Source of the DNA: an uncultured Bacteroidales bacterium
Lineage (GTDB): Bacteria; Bacteroidota; Bacteroidia; Bacteroidales; UBA10428
Assembly (NCBI GenBank): GCA_963748095.1
Contig: CAVVIO010000023.1
Span: 42,518 to 106,517, forward strand
Direction of reading: 5' to 3'
Length of the DNA stretch: 64,000 nt
The translations under genes were made by a program, and so were the position numbers. Position 1 is the first letter of the stretch, and each line of letters starts with the position of its first letter. Of the stretch, positions 50,920 through 61,154 are shown one piece after another. The notes beneath the pieces were generated by a model. That model saw only the letters and a list, made by a program, of their open reading frames with translations, ran no database searches and was not told the DNA's origin.

Positions 50920-52317
50920 TTGGATCTTAATTTTTTACATAGGGTATATTTTCTTGGGGCAGGTGGTATAGGAATGAGCGCCCTGGCAAGGTATTTTAAG
51001 ATTATTGGTCTGGAAGTAGCCGGTTATGACCGTACACCTACCGACCTTACTCGAAGACTTATTACATCGGGAATCGACCTTCATTTTGAAGATGATGTGG
51101 ACAAAATACCTTCCTCGTTTCTCGATAAAATGGGGACCCTGGTCGTTTATACCCCGGCAATTCCTTCTGATCATACCGAATTGAATTATTTTAAAGAAAA
51201 TGGATTTGAAATTCATAAGCGATCAGAAATATTGGGAGAACTGACAAATTCACGTAAGGGAATTGCTGTTTCCGGCACACATGGAAAAACAACAGTCTCT
51301 ACCATGATCGCCTATTTACTGGATAACTCATGCCTCGGATGCAATGCATTTTTAGGGGGGATATCAAAAAATTTCAACAGTAACCTGGTTCTCTCGGCTG
51401 AAAGCGATTATGTGGTAGTGGAAGCCGATGAATTCGACCGGTCGTTTCTGCAGCTATTCCCCTTTATTACCGTGGTAACAGCTATGGATGCAGATCATCT
51501 GGACGTATACGGGAACAAGGAAGAGCTGGAAACTTCCTTTAATCAGTTCGTAAATCAAACCAAACAAGGGGGCACCATTCTTTACAAAAAAGGATTACCG
51601 GTAAAGACAGATGCACAAAAAAAATACCGTGTATTAACTTATTCACTGAACGAAAAAGCCGATTACTATGCCGGCAATATAAATATTCAGCAGGGCAGGT
51701 ATCATTTCGACCTGATAACACCCGGCAGGAAAATCACCGATCTGGAACTGAAACACCCGGGTCTGACAAATGTTGAGAATGCCGTGGTAGCTGCGGCAGT
51801 AGCCTATCAGCTTGAAGTAGATGAGGAACATATCCGTAAAGCATTAAGTACTTTCGAGGGAAATAATCGCAGATTCGATATTCATATCAACACCCCCAAC
51901 CTGGTGTACATGGATGATTATGCACATCATCCCCTGGAACTGGATGCTGTAATCGGATCGGTTCGTGATATGTACCCGGATAAGAAGATCACAGGTATTT
52001 TTCAGCCACACCTGTATTCCCGTACCAGGGATTTTGCCGGTGAATTTGCCCGTAGTCTTAGCCAGCTTGATGAACTGATTTTAATGGATATTTATCCGGC
52101 CCGTGAATTGCCGGTAAAAGGGGTTAGCTCTGAGTTGATATTTAATGAGGTAAACCTTGAAAATAAGGTGCTTTGTTCAAAAAACAATTTGCTTGATATT
52201 ATAAAAGGCCGGAATTTTGATGTATTGCTGACCCTTGGGGCTGGAGATATAGATCAGTTTGTTGGTCCAATAAAGAGAATGATGAACGAACGAATAAAGA
52301 CAATTAACCGATTATGA
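50920..52317 (+). CDS. murC: UDP-N-acetylmuramate--L-alanine ligase
   Basis: 'GAGGIGMSALA' and 'VSGTHGKTTVS'. TTG start in the ORF track. Confidence 0.93.
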   Translation: MDLNFLHRVYFLGAGGIGMSALARYFKIIGLEVAGYDRTPTDLTRRLITSGIDLHFEDDVDKIPSSFLDKMGTLVVYTPAIPSDHTELNYFKENGFEIHKRSEILGELTNSRKGIAVSGTHGKTTVSTMIAYLLDNSCLGCNAFLGGISKNFNSNLVLSAESDYVVVEADEFDRSFLQLFPFITVVTAMDADHLDVYGNKEELETSFNQFVNQTKQGGTILYKKGLPVKTDAQKKYRVLTYSLNEKADYYAGNINIQQGRYHFDLITPGRKITDLELKHPGLTNVENAVVAAAVAYQLEVDEEHIRKALSTFEGNNRRFDIHINTPNLVYMDDYAHHPLELDAVIGSVRDMYPDKKITGIFQPHLYSRTRDFAGEFARSLSQLDELILMDIYPARELPVKGVSSELIFNEVNLENKVLCSKNNLLDIIKGRNFDVLLTLGAGDIDQFVGPIKRMMNERIKTINRL

Positions 52318-53108
52318 GCCGTTTTAAGGTCATATTGAACTGGATGGTTGTTATCATATACCTGGTGGTGGTGTTTGGGTTTATTTCCGAAAAAAACCAT
52401 GCCAGGATTTGCCATGCTATCCGTGTCAATATCCTTGACAGTGCGCAGACCGGATTTATTCAACAGGAAGATATATTGAAATTATTGGATAAAAGCAGGA
52501 TGGAAATCAAGGGAAGGCCTATTTCCGGGATTAACCTGAAGAAGATGGAAAATTTGCTTGATAACCAGGGAACAATAAAGAATGCAGAAGTTTATTGTAC
52601 AAATTCGGGTACATTGAATATCGATATTCAGCAGCGTCAACCTCTGGTCAGGATAATTGATAAAGCCGGAAGAAGTTTTTATCTGGATGCGGAAGGTACG
52701 ATTATCCCGCTTTCAGGGAAATACAGTCCGCTTGTTCTGATAGCAAATGGTAATATTACAGAACCTTTTGATCCAAATAAAACAAACAATATCTGGAAGG
52801 TTAAAACAGATAATTTAACCGACCGGCAAAAGATAATTTATGACTTGTTTGAATTGGTCCGCTATATTACATCTAATGAATTCTGGAATGCCCAGATTGA
52901 ACAGGTTTATGTGAATGACGATTCTGAATTTGAAATTATCCCACGTGTGGGTCCGCATATCATCATTCTTGGTACTATAGAGAATTACCAGGAAAAATTC
53001 GATAAGTTGATGACCTTCTATAAAGAAGGACTAAACAAAGTAGGATGGAACGCTTATCTTACCATCAACCTGAAATATAAGAATCAAATCGTATGTACAA
53101 AAAATTAA
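52314..53108 (+). CDS. ftsQ: FtsQ/DivIB-type cell division protein
   Basis: N-terminal TM, POTRA-like region, position between murC and ftsA. Confidence 0.7.
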   Translation: MSRFKVILNWMVVIIYLVVVFGFISEKNHARICHAIRVNILDSAQTGFIQQEDILKLLDKSRMEIKGRPISGINLKKMENLLDNQGTIKNAEVYCTNSGTLNIDIQQRQPLVRIIDKAGRSFYLDAEGTIIPLSGKYSPLVLIANGNITEPFDPNKTNNIWKVKTDNLTDRQKIIYDLFELVRYITSNEFWNAQIEQVYVNDDSEFEIIPRVGPHIIILGTIENYQEKFDKLMTFYKEGLNKVGWNAYLTINLKYKNQIVCTKN

Positions 53109-53112
53109 TATC

Positions 53113-54423
53113 ATGAGGCAAAAAAGCAATTATGTTGCGGCAATCGACATTGGAACGACCAAGATAGTATCCATTGTTGGCAGGAAAAATGACAATGGGA
53201 AGCTCGAAATACTGGGTATGGGCAAAACCACCTCGAAAGGAGTGAAAAGGGGAGTGGTCCTGAATATTGAGGAAACCATGAATGCAATCCGCTATACCGT
53301 GGAAGAAGCCCAAAAGCAATCAGGCGTCATATTTTCCGATATATATGTTGGCATTGCCGGCCAGCATATAAAAAGTATCCGAAACCGCGGGTATATCAAC
53401 CGCGACTCGTATGAGAATGAGATAACCAAAAAAGATATTGATGCGTTAATAGCCGACATGTATAAAATCCCGATAGATGTAGGGGAAGAAATTATTCACG
53501 TTCTCCCTCAGAATTTTATTGTGGATAATGAAACGGGTGTAAAAAATCCGGTAGGGATGTCGGGCAGGCGGCTGGAAGCTAATTTTCATATCGTGATCGG
53601 CCAGATAGCTTCTGCAAAGAATATCGAAAAATGTGTCAACCGGGTGGGTCTGAAGGTCAATCAGTTGGTACTTGAACCGCTGGCATCCTCCGCGGCAGTG
53701 CTTACCGAAGATGAAAAAGAAGCAGGTGTGGCACTGGTAGATATCGGTGGAGGCACTACTGATGTAGCCATATATTTTGATGATATTATCAGGCATACTG
53801 CGGTTATTCCATTCGGGGGTAACGTAGTAACCAAAGATATTAAGGAAGGCTGTTCCATATTAGGCCGGCAGGCTGAAGCCCTGAAAACACAATTCGGATC
53901 GGCACTGGGTGATCTGGCAAGTGAGGATAAAGTAGTGACCATTCCGGGTATCAGCGGCAGGGAGCCAAAGGAAATATCGTTTAAGAGCCTGGCTTACATT
54001 ATTCAGTCGAGAATGGAAGAAATAATTGATGCCATCCTTTTCGAAATTGAAAATTCTGACTGCATGGATAAATTAAGTGCAGGGATCGTTTTAACAGGTG
54101 GCGGAGCTTTACTCAGGCACCTGCCACAATTGGTAAAATTCCGTACCGGAATGGATGTTAGAATAGGTTTACCCAATGAACACCTGGCCAGTGGTACAAT
54201 GGCCGAAATAAACCAACCGATGTTTTCCACCAGTGTCGGCCTGTTACTTAAAGGTTATGAAATAATGGACGCGCGCAGCCGTGAACAGGAATATGAAACA
54301 TTACAGGATGAGCCGGTTGAGGAAGAGGAAAAGGAAGAAAAACAGAAGAACCGGATGGGTATTTTCGATTCACTGAAAAAAACAATTACAGATATTTTTG
54401 AAGAAAACGATGCCAAAATGTAA
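53113..54423 (+). CDS. ftsA: Cell division protein FtsA
   Basis: Actin-fold motifs 'AIDIGTTKI', 'VDIGGGTTDVA' and 'VLTGGGALL'. Confidence 0.95.
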   Translation: MRQKSNYVAAIDIGTTKIVSIVGRKNDNGKLEILGMGKTTSKGVKRGVVLNIEETMNAIRYTVEEAQKQSGVIFSDIYVGIAGQHIKSIRNRGYINRDSYENEITKKDIDALIADMYKIPIDVGEEIIHVLPQNFIVDNETGVKNPVGMSGRRLEANFHIVIGQIASAKNIEKCVNRVGLKVNQLVLEPLASSAAVLTEDEKEAGVALVDIGGGTTDVAIYFDDIIRHTAVIPFGGNVVTKDIKEGCSILGRQAEALKTQFGSALGDLASEDKVVTIPGISGREPKEISFKSLAYIIQSRMEEIIDAILFEIENSDCMDKLSAGIVLTGGGALLRHLPQLVKFRTGMDVRIGLPNEHLASGTMAEINQPMFSTSVGLLLKGYEIMDARSREQEYETLQDEPVEEEEKEEKQKNRMGIFDSLKKTITDIFEENDAKM

Positions 54424-54476
54424 TGTTCATCTGATCATTTTTTGACTCGATTCATAACAATAAAAATACAAGCATT

Positions 54477-55934
54477 ATGAATGAAGATTTAATGAATTTC
54501 GAATTACCGGTAAACAATTCCTCCATTATAAAAGTGATCGGCGTTGGTGGAGGCGGAGGTAATGCAGTAAATCATATGTTTCACCAGGGCATCAAAGATG
54601 TTGATTTCGTTGTATGTAATACCGATTCACAGGCCCTTGCCAGTAGTCCGGTAAATGTAAAAATACAATTGGGATCTTCTCTTACCGAAGGAAGAGGAGC
54701 TGGAAATAAACCTGAAATTGGACGCCAGGCAGCAATTGAAAACCTCGACGATGTGATGAAGGCTCTGGGAACTAATACTAAAATGGTATTCGTTACCGCC
54801 GGAATGGGAGGTGGAACCGGAACAGGAGCAGCCCCGGTTATAGCCAAGGCTGCCAAAGAGATGGGAATGTTAACTGTTGCCATTGTCACAATTCCCTTCC
54901 GGAACGAGGGACAACGTAGGGTTAACCAGGCTGTGGAAGGCATAGCCGAGCTGGAAAAGAATGTTGATTCGCTACTGGTTATTAATAATGAACGGATACG
55001 CGAAATTTATGGTGACCTGAAAGTTTCAGAGGCATTTGCCAGGGCCGACGATGTGCTGGCTATTGCTGCCAAAGGTATCGCCGAAATTATTACTGTTCAC
55101 GGCTACATAAACGTTGACTTTGCCGATGTGGAAACAGTGATGACCGATAGTGGTGTGGCTATCATGGGTTCTGCGAAAGCCGAGGGTGAGGACCGTGCTA
55201 TAAGAGCTGTACAACAGGCACTGAACTCTCCTTTGCTGAATGATAACGAAATAAAGGGAGCACGTAATATACTTATTAATATTACTTCGGGAGTAGATGA
55301 GATCACTATGGATGAGATTGGTCAGGTAACCGATTTTGTACAGGATTGTGCCGGATCTGATGCCGACCTGATTTGGGGAAATGGAGTGGATGAACACCTG
55401 GGCAATATGATGAGTGTAACTGTTATAGCTACCGGATTCAATACCAATAGTATTCCTGAGTTATATGCAAGAAAACGCCAGCTTGATAAGATTCCTTTAT
55501 GGGAGAACACACTCCAAAGCAATGTGGAGCAAACTACTTTTGAGGTTAAGAACAAGTCGCATGACGATTCGGAAAAAGGCAGCAATTCGCAGCGGATCAT
55601 CGAATTTGAGATCACCAATGACCTGAACCTGAATTCTGTAAAAAAACCATTGGTTGAACCTACGGCTATAGACAGAAAGAAGGCAGCGGAAAGAGTGAAA
55701 AACATAAGGAAAACATATGAAAAACTACGTGATCTTAAATTTAATAATCCGGAGATGAAAAGTAATATCGATGAAATAGAAAACGAACCGGCTTATATCC
55801 GAAAAAAAATTGAACTTGATAAAATGAAACATTCAGATGACCGGAAAATTTCACGATATTCGCTTGACAATGATGATGATTCGGTTACTAAATTAAGTCC
55901 GAATAATCCGTATCTGCATGATAATGTAGATTAA
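54477..55934 (+). CDS. ftsZ: Cell division protein FtsZ
   Basis: 'GVGGGGGNAVN' and the tubulin signature 'GMGGGTGTGAAPV'. Confidence 0.97.
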   Translation: MNEDLMNFELPVNNSSIIKVIGVGGGGGNAVNHMFHQGIKDVDFVVCNTDSQALASSPVNVKIQLGSSLTEGRGAGNKPEIGRQAAIENLDDVMKALGTNTKMVFVTAGMGGGTGTGAAPVIAKAAKEMGMLTVAIVTIPFRNEGQRRVNQAVEGIAELEKNVDSLLVINNERIREIYGDLKVSEAFARADDVLAIAAKGIAEIITVHGYINVDFADVETVMTDSGVAIMGSAKAEGEDRAIRAVQQALNSPLLNDNEIKGARNILINITSGVDEITMDEIGQVTDFVQDCAGSDADLIWGNGVDEHLGNMMSVTVIATGFNTNSIPELYARKRQLDKIPLWENTLQSNVEQTTFEVKNKSHDDSEKGSNSQRIIEFEITNDLNLNSVKKPLVEPTAIDRKKAAERVKNIRKTYEKLRDLKFNNPEMKSNIDEIENEPAYIRKKIELDKMKHSDDRKISRYSLDNDDDSVTKLSPNNPYLHDNVD

Positions 55935-55964
55935 ACCTGCTGTATTAATTTTAAATTAGAAGAA

Positions 55965-56411
55965 ATGAGTCTATTCGATCAGGTTAGTCAGGATTTGAAA
56001 GCCGCCATGCTGGCTAAGGAAAAAGATAAACTGGAATCCCTGCGGGCCATTAAAACCGCATTTCTAAATGCAAAATCGGAAAAAGGTGCGGGTGAACTAA
56101 CTCCGGATAAGGAATTACAGATCATTCAAAAACTGGTAAAACAGAGGAAGGAATCTGCTGAAATCTATAAAGAACAAAACAGGAATGATCTTTACCAAAA
56201 GGAAATGGATGAGGCAAAAGTAATCGAAGTTTACCTGCCGAAGCAAATGAGTGAACAGGAGCTGACAGAAGTTCTGAAAGAGATTATTGCACGGGTAGGA
56301 GCTTCTTCACCTTCCGATATGGGAAAAGTAATGGGCGTAGCTTCCAAAGAATTATCAGGGAAAGCCGATGGCAAGTCAATTGCCGCAAAGGTAAGGGAGC
56401 TTTTGTCTTAG
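55965..56411 (+). CDS. GatB/YqeY-domain protein
   Basis: About 148 aa, with 'DLKAAMLAKEKDKLESLRAIK' and 'MGKVMG'. Confidence 0.8.
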   Translation: MSLFDQVSQDLKAAMLAKEKDKLESLRAIKTAFLNAKSEKGAGELTPDKELQIIQKLVKQRKESAEIYKEQNRNDLYQKEMDEAKVIEVYLPKQMSEQELTEVLKEIIARVGASSPSDMGKVMGVASKELSGKADGKSIAAKVRELLS

Positions 56412-56513
56412 GATATCGGGGAGCACAGACTTTTTAGATAGAAAACAAAGTTTGTGGCAGAATTACTTTAAATTTCAGTCTTTTGACTTCGGTCTTTAAA
56501 TCATAAATTTCCA

Positions 56514-56546
56514 TAAAAAAAGGGAGCTGAAAGGCTCCCTTTTGAT
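56514..56546. terminator. Bidirectional terminator between yqeY and ppiD
   Basis: Stem agggagc / gctccct with loop tgaaag, flanked by aaaaaaa on one side and tttt on the other. Confidence 0.6.
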
Positions 56547-56575
56547 ATTTTTAAATCGTATTTCATTTCTTACTA

Positions 56576-58684
56576 TTAATAGAATTTAGCCCGGTTATCA
56601 TCAATATCGGCCATATCCTTTAGTGCCTGGAAAGGTTCGTAATTGGCCCGGGCAGCATAATTCTTTTCAAGGATACTGGTTTCGAGCATATAATTATAGC
56701 CGGTAGGCGGAGTGGGTTTATCTAACTTTGTAACATCCAGTACAAAAATACCACTATTACCTTCAACGGGTGTCGAAAGTTTATTTGGCGACACATTCAC
56801 TGATGCGGCTGCAATATCAGGTTCAATTCCGGCATCGCCTACAGTACGTGAATCGAAGCGAACTCCCAGAGCAGTATTTACACTTGTTTGCAATTTATCT
56901 GCCAATGCATCAATAGAGGTCACACCCGACAATATGGCTTTCAGTCCATCAGTAATCTTTTGTGCTTTCTTTTCTTTTAATACAGCAACCTGAATTTCAG
57001 CTTTCTTTTCATCAAAAGAGGCAAATCCTTTTTTTCTTACATCTACAACAGTAGCCACAACATATTTTTCATCGAACTTGAATACCTTCGATACATCGTG
57101 CAGATCTGCATTAAAAGCCCATTTAACAAGCTCTCGTGGCGACTCGAGTCCATTAATGGTTTTATCCATCGGGTGAAGATTATTGGCGTCGTGAACTACA
57201 AGGTTTTCCTTTTTAACTGCATTGTTAAATTTCTCATAGGTATTATTCACGCCAGCAAATTCACTAGCCTTTGAATAGTAAACCTGGTCGGTAACATCAC
57301 TGGGTACTACATTTCTTACCAGAATTCCAACCTGAACTTTTTTTACCGGTTTCGACTGTTTGAGGATCTGAACTACGTGAATACCGTATTGTGACGGAAC
57401 AATTTTCACATCTCCAACTTTACCGTAGAAACAACTATCGCTGAATGACTTAACCATAGCTCCCTCGTGGAACCAGCCCAGGTCACCGCCATTACGTGCT
57501 GTGGCATCTACAGAATATTCCTTAGCCAACTTGGCAAAATCAGCGCCATGTTCAATCAGGTTTTTCAAACTGTCAGCCATGGCATATACCTGCCGGACAT
57601 TGTTCTGATTTGCCTGCAATAAAATATGACGGGCTTTTACAGAATCAGGCAGGTAATTTATTTCAGCCAGTTTGGCGAGTTTGTAAGCATTATTTTCAAA
57701 ATAGGGACCGTATACAAAACCTACTTTTGCATCGAACATCTCCTTGTTCAGCAATTCGGGTAATTCACCGTCCTTAAAATTCTGATCGTTGTAAGGAACA
57801 TCCGAATTCAGATTGACGAATTGTTTTACATCACTTACCTTTTCGAAATCGGGTTTAATATCATCAATCCATTTTTTCGCGGCCTGGTTATCTTTTTCAG
57901 AGGGAATGACCTCGAATGTAACATATTTTATATCCCTCGACTTTTCCTGCTTGTATTCGTTTTTATGTTCTTCATAATATTTTTTCAGGTCAGACTCGTC
58001 TACCGTAACAGCTGAATCGGATACTGAATTAAAATACTGTACGATATAGTTGAAATCAGCCTGTGTATGGGTTTCCGAAAATTTTCTTTCCTTGTCGATC
58101 TTTGTAACATACAGTCCTTTTTTAATAAGGTTGTCGTATTTGGTCATTTCACGTTCACTAAGGATTTCGTTTTCGATAAACAACCAGTATGTTTTTTGCT
58201 GGCTGTCGGCTCCTTCCTGTTCTACCTGCCTGAGAAAATTGAGCAATGCCGAACGGTTTAATACACCTGTTTCAGGATTAGTAAATAACTGCTTGATGAT
58301 GGGATGAGGATTTCTACCCTGAATCAGATCGAATAATTCATCTCCGCTTACAGCAAGTCCCAGTTTCTTGTATTGGCTTTTCATTACATAATCCTGCACC
58401 ATTCTTTGCCAAACCTGATTTCTGATATTATCCAGTGTACTCGGATCTAGTGAACTTTTCTGATACTGGATCTTTGTAATTTCTGTCAAATCTTCCACAT
58501 CTTTCTGAAATTCTTTAAAAGGAATCGATTTTCCCGCTATATTGGCAATTTCATATTGTGAATTTGTAAAAAGGGATTGTCCCGATTTAAACAAATCACC
58601 CAATACGAATGCAAGTAATGCCATTCCAATAATGATAGATACCAAGAGCCCTGCACGATTCCTGATTTTTTCTAAAGTTGCCAT
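56576..58684 (-). CDS. PpiD-like periplasmic chaperone / peptidyl-prolyl isomerase
   Basis: N-terminal anchor 'RAGLLVSIIIGMALLAFVLGD'. Parvulin domain 'KARHILL...NGGDLGWFHEGAMV'. Confidence 0.85.
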   Translation of the reverse strand: MATLEKIRNRAGLLVSIIIGMALLAFVLGDLFKSGQSLFTNSQYEIANIAGKSIPFKEFQKDVEDLTEITKIQYQKSSLDPSTLDNIRNQVWQRMVQDYVMKSQYKKLGLAVSGDELFDLIQGRNPHPIIKQLFTNPETGVLNRSALLNFLRQVEQEGADSQQKTYWLFIENEILSEREMTKYDNLIKKGLYVTKIDKERKFSETHTQADFNYIVQYFNSVSDSAVTVDESDLKKYYEEHKNEYKQEKSRDIKYVTFEVIPSEKDNQAAKKWIDDIKPDFEKVSDVKQFVNLNSDVPYNDQNFKDGELPELLNKEMFDAKVGFVYGPYFENNAYKLAKLAEINYLPDSVKARHILLQANQNNVRQVYAMADSLKNLIEHGADFAKLAKEYSVDATARNGGDLGWFHEGAMVKSFSDSCFYGKVGDVKIVPSQYGIHVVQILKQSKPVKKVQVGILVRNVVPSDVTDQVYYSKASEFAGVNNTYEKFNNAVKKENLVVHDANNLHPMDKTINGLESPRELVKWAFNADLHDVSKVFKFDEKYVVATVVDVRKKGFASFDEKKAEIQVAVLKEKKAQKITDGLKAILSGVTSIDALADKLQTSVNTALGVRFDSRTVGDAGIEPDIAAASVNVSPNKLSTPVEGNSGIFVLDVTKLDKPTPPTGYNYMLETSILEKNYAARANYEPFQALKDMADIDDNRAKFY

Positions 58685-59088
58685 TTATCCGTTAATTTAT
58701 AGTTTTTATTTTCAGGCTACGAATATAGTAATTAATACTATTTTACAAGAACATATTCTAAAAAATAAACCTTCGTTCAAACAATTTAAAGTGCCTGTAT
58801 AAATTCCTGAAAAAGAGATTGTAATGTTGGAATAATATCTGTTGGATTAGGAAACTGTAAAATGAGTACTTCAGGAAATGTGAGAAGCGGAATTTTACCT
58901 CAAAGAATTGAAGTTTAAAAATTCACAAAGGTTTTAATCACAAAGGTTTGAATTTGTATGTAAAGTAATTTGTTGATTCCTGATAAAAAGCAAAAAGAAG
59001 TATGAGCCTCAGTAAAGTAAATTAAAGGCAGATACTTTTTACTATCTTTTTACATGTAAACACGAAGTCCCTCGAATAAAAAACCAGT

Positions 59089-60354
59089 TTATGAATTCTT
59101 ATAATGTTTTTTCAATTGCACCAGTTCAATTCGGGTTTTACTTACTTTAAGAATTTTTATTTCAAAATTATCAATTATAATCTGGTCATTGGTCAACGGA
59201 ATACTTTGGTTGTGAAAGAAAATCAGGCCGGCAATTGTATCATATTCGTCCGACTCGGGTAACTGAAGTTTGTATTTTTCATTCAGGTAATCGATTTCAA
59301 GACGGCCTGAAAATAAATATTCAGTGTCGTTGATTTGTTTTTCGATGAAATCGATGGTATCATGTTCATCTTCTATTTCACCGAAAATCTCTTCAATAAT
59401 ATCTTCAATAGTAAGCATTCCGGCAATACCCCCAAATTCATCGACTACTACTGCAAGACTTTTGTGTTCCTGTATAAATCTTTTCAGCAATTTGTTCGCA
59501 GCCATGGTCTCTGGAAAATAAGAAACTGCTATTAACCGCGATTTAATATCTTTTGGATTTTTAAATAATTCTTTGGATGTAATGTAACCAACCAGATTAT
59601 CAATAGTTTCTTCGAAGATAAGAATTTTTGAAAATCCCGATTCTATAAATTTCTGCCGGAGATCTTCAATAGAACTGTTAATTTCCATAGCAACAATTTC
59701 CGGACGTGGAATCATGCAATCACGCAATTTAACACTGGAGAAATCAAGAGCATTCTGAAACAGTTTTATATCGTTTTCCGATGTTTCCGTTTCTGCTGAT
59801 TCTTCTGCTTCTGCTATGAGAAAGCTCAAATCGATTTTACCGAATGTGATATCTTTTGGATTATAGTTAGTTTTCGATTTGAATATATATTTCATGATAA
59901 CGGAAGAGAGCCAGTTAACAAACTGGGTGATGGGAAAAAACAGCACAAAGAATATAAAAACCGGAAAAGAGAAGAATTTTAAAGTGGAGTTGGGATTCAG
60001 CCTGACGAGTGTTTTTGGTAAAAATTCAGCAGTGAACAAAATAAATAAAGTGGATATGATTGTTTGTATGAGCAATATAAGGAAGGGGGAATTGGTGAAA
60101 TTTAAAATCAATGGTTGAAGCAGTTTTGCCATAAACATACCATAAACAACCAATGCTACATTATTACCTACCAACATAGTGGTAATGTATTTTCCGGGAT
60201 AGTTACTGAAAACGGTTAAAATACGCGATGAAATGAGCCCTTGTTTCTTATCCAGTTCAAGTCTGAGCTTATTGGCTGCAACAAATGCTATTTCCATTCC
60301 CGAAAAGAAAGCACTAAATAAAAGTGTCAGTATAATAACCAGTACAATATTCAT
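59089..60354 (-). CDS. CNNM/CorC-type 'hemolysin' family protein (DUF21 + CBS pair + CorC_HlyC)
   Basis: Four N-terminal TM helices, CBS-pair region, and a C-terminal transporter-associated domain. Confidence 0.85.
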   Translation of the reverse strand: MNIVLVIILTLLFSAFFSGMEIAFVAANKLRLELDKKQGLISSRILTVFSNYPGKYITTMLVGNNVALVVYGMFMAKLLQPLILNFTNSPFLILLIQTIISTLFILFTAEFLPKTLVRLNPNSTLKFFSFPVFIFFVLFFPITQFVNWLSSVIMKYIFKSKTNYNPKDITFGKIDLSFLIAEAEESAETETSENDIKLFQNALDFSSVKLRDCMIPRPEIVAMEINSSIEDLRQKFIESGFSKILIFEETIDNLVGYITSKELFKNPKDIKSRLIAVSYFPETMAANKLLKRFIQEHKSLAVVVDEFGGIAGMLTIEDIIEEIFGEIEDEHDTIDFIEKQINDTEYLFSGRLEIDYLNEKYKLQLPESDEYDTIAGLIFFHNQSIPLTNDQIIIDNFEIKILKVSKTRIELVQLKKHYKNS

Positions 60355-60367
60355 GAAACCGATAACT

Positions 60368-60571
60368 CTAAGGTTGTTGATTCTTTTTTCTTAAATTCCG
60401 CCTCAAAATATACATTAAAAAAGCCAGAAATGAAAGTATAAAAAACATATAACTGTTGGCAAAACCTTTATAGTATGTATTATAAACTCCTAAGAAAAGG
60501 CATGTGACTGCCAGTATTATCCAGACTATTTCTAGGATAGTATTAATTTTCCTGGTTTTCATCTTTAACAT
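60368..60571 (-). CDS. Small two-TM membrane protein, unknown function
   Basis: 67 aa with two hydrophobic helices and a basic tail. Its 5' end overlaps the lptC-like stop by 29 nt. Confidence 0.4.
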   Translation of the reverse strand: MLKMKTRKINTILEIVWIILAVTCLFLGVYNTYYKGFANSYMFFILSFLAFLMYILRRNLRKKNQQP

Positions 60572-61154
60572 TTACAGTACCCTTGGATCCGATCAACTTC
60601 CATTTTTCCAGATTCTGATCAGCCACGAAGCCTTCTTCCCCGTAAATTGTCCCATCATCATTCACAAACTTTGTAAAATCATGGGAATAGATTTTTTGTG
60701 TGTTTTCGTCCCAGTACATCTGATCGGTATACAGTTCTTCTTTTTTCTTCAGGTTTTTGGCAACAACATTGTTACGTGCTTCCCATAATTTTTTTTTCTG
60801 GTAGTAGATAGCGTATTTTGCATTAATGATCGATTCGAGTTTCTCCGATTTATCGTAAAAATACACTTGTATCCCTTGCGGAAATTCAGTAAATGGTTCT
60901 TCTGCCTTCGAATACTTGTGCATTTCGGGGGCGAAAAATTTGATTTTAAGTTTACCTGAATCGGTATACGCTATTTCTATATCCTTACCTGACTGATCGG
61001 GAAGTTTTAACTGGTTAGTAAGGGCATTGATCTTTTCAATATCATTTTCGCAGGATATAAAAAATAGTATCCCCAGGCTAATGGGGATAGTATTTTTTAA
61101 TAACCGTATGTAAAATTTTTTATGTTGATTATTGTTATTCATTAAATCTTGCAA
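60543..61154 (-). CDS. LptC-like periplasmic LPS export protein
   Basis: Lipoprotein-like 'LGILFFISCEND'. OstA-like beta-jellyroll pattern 'AKYAIYYQKKKLWEARNNVVAKN...LYTDQMYWDENTQKIYS'. The neighbourhood is typical. Confidence 0.6.
   Translation of the reverse strand: MQDLMNNNNQHKKFYIRLLKNTIPISLGILFFISCENDIEKINALTNQLKLPDQSGKDIEIAYTDSGKLKIKFFAPEMHKYSKAEEPFTEFPQGIQVYFYDKSEKLESIINAKYAIYYQKKKLWEARNNVVAKNLKKKEELYTDQMYWDENTQKIYSHDFTKFVNDDGTIYGEEGFVADQNLEKWKLIGSKGTVNVKDENQEN

Noticed and set aside
58685-59088. 404-nt intergenic gap between the CorC-type gene and ppiD, with a 12-nt direct repeat tcacaaaggttt (58923-58934 and 58938-58949): possible sRNA or regulatory site
   Set aside because: I could not find a convincing promoter motif, terminator or stable hairpin. 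The gap probably just contains the ppiD promoter. It is worth a glance in RNA-seq data but is not supportable from sequence alone.
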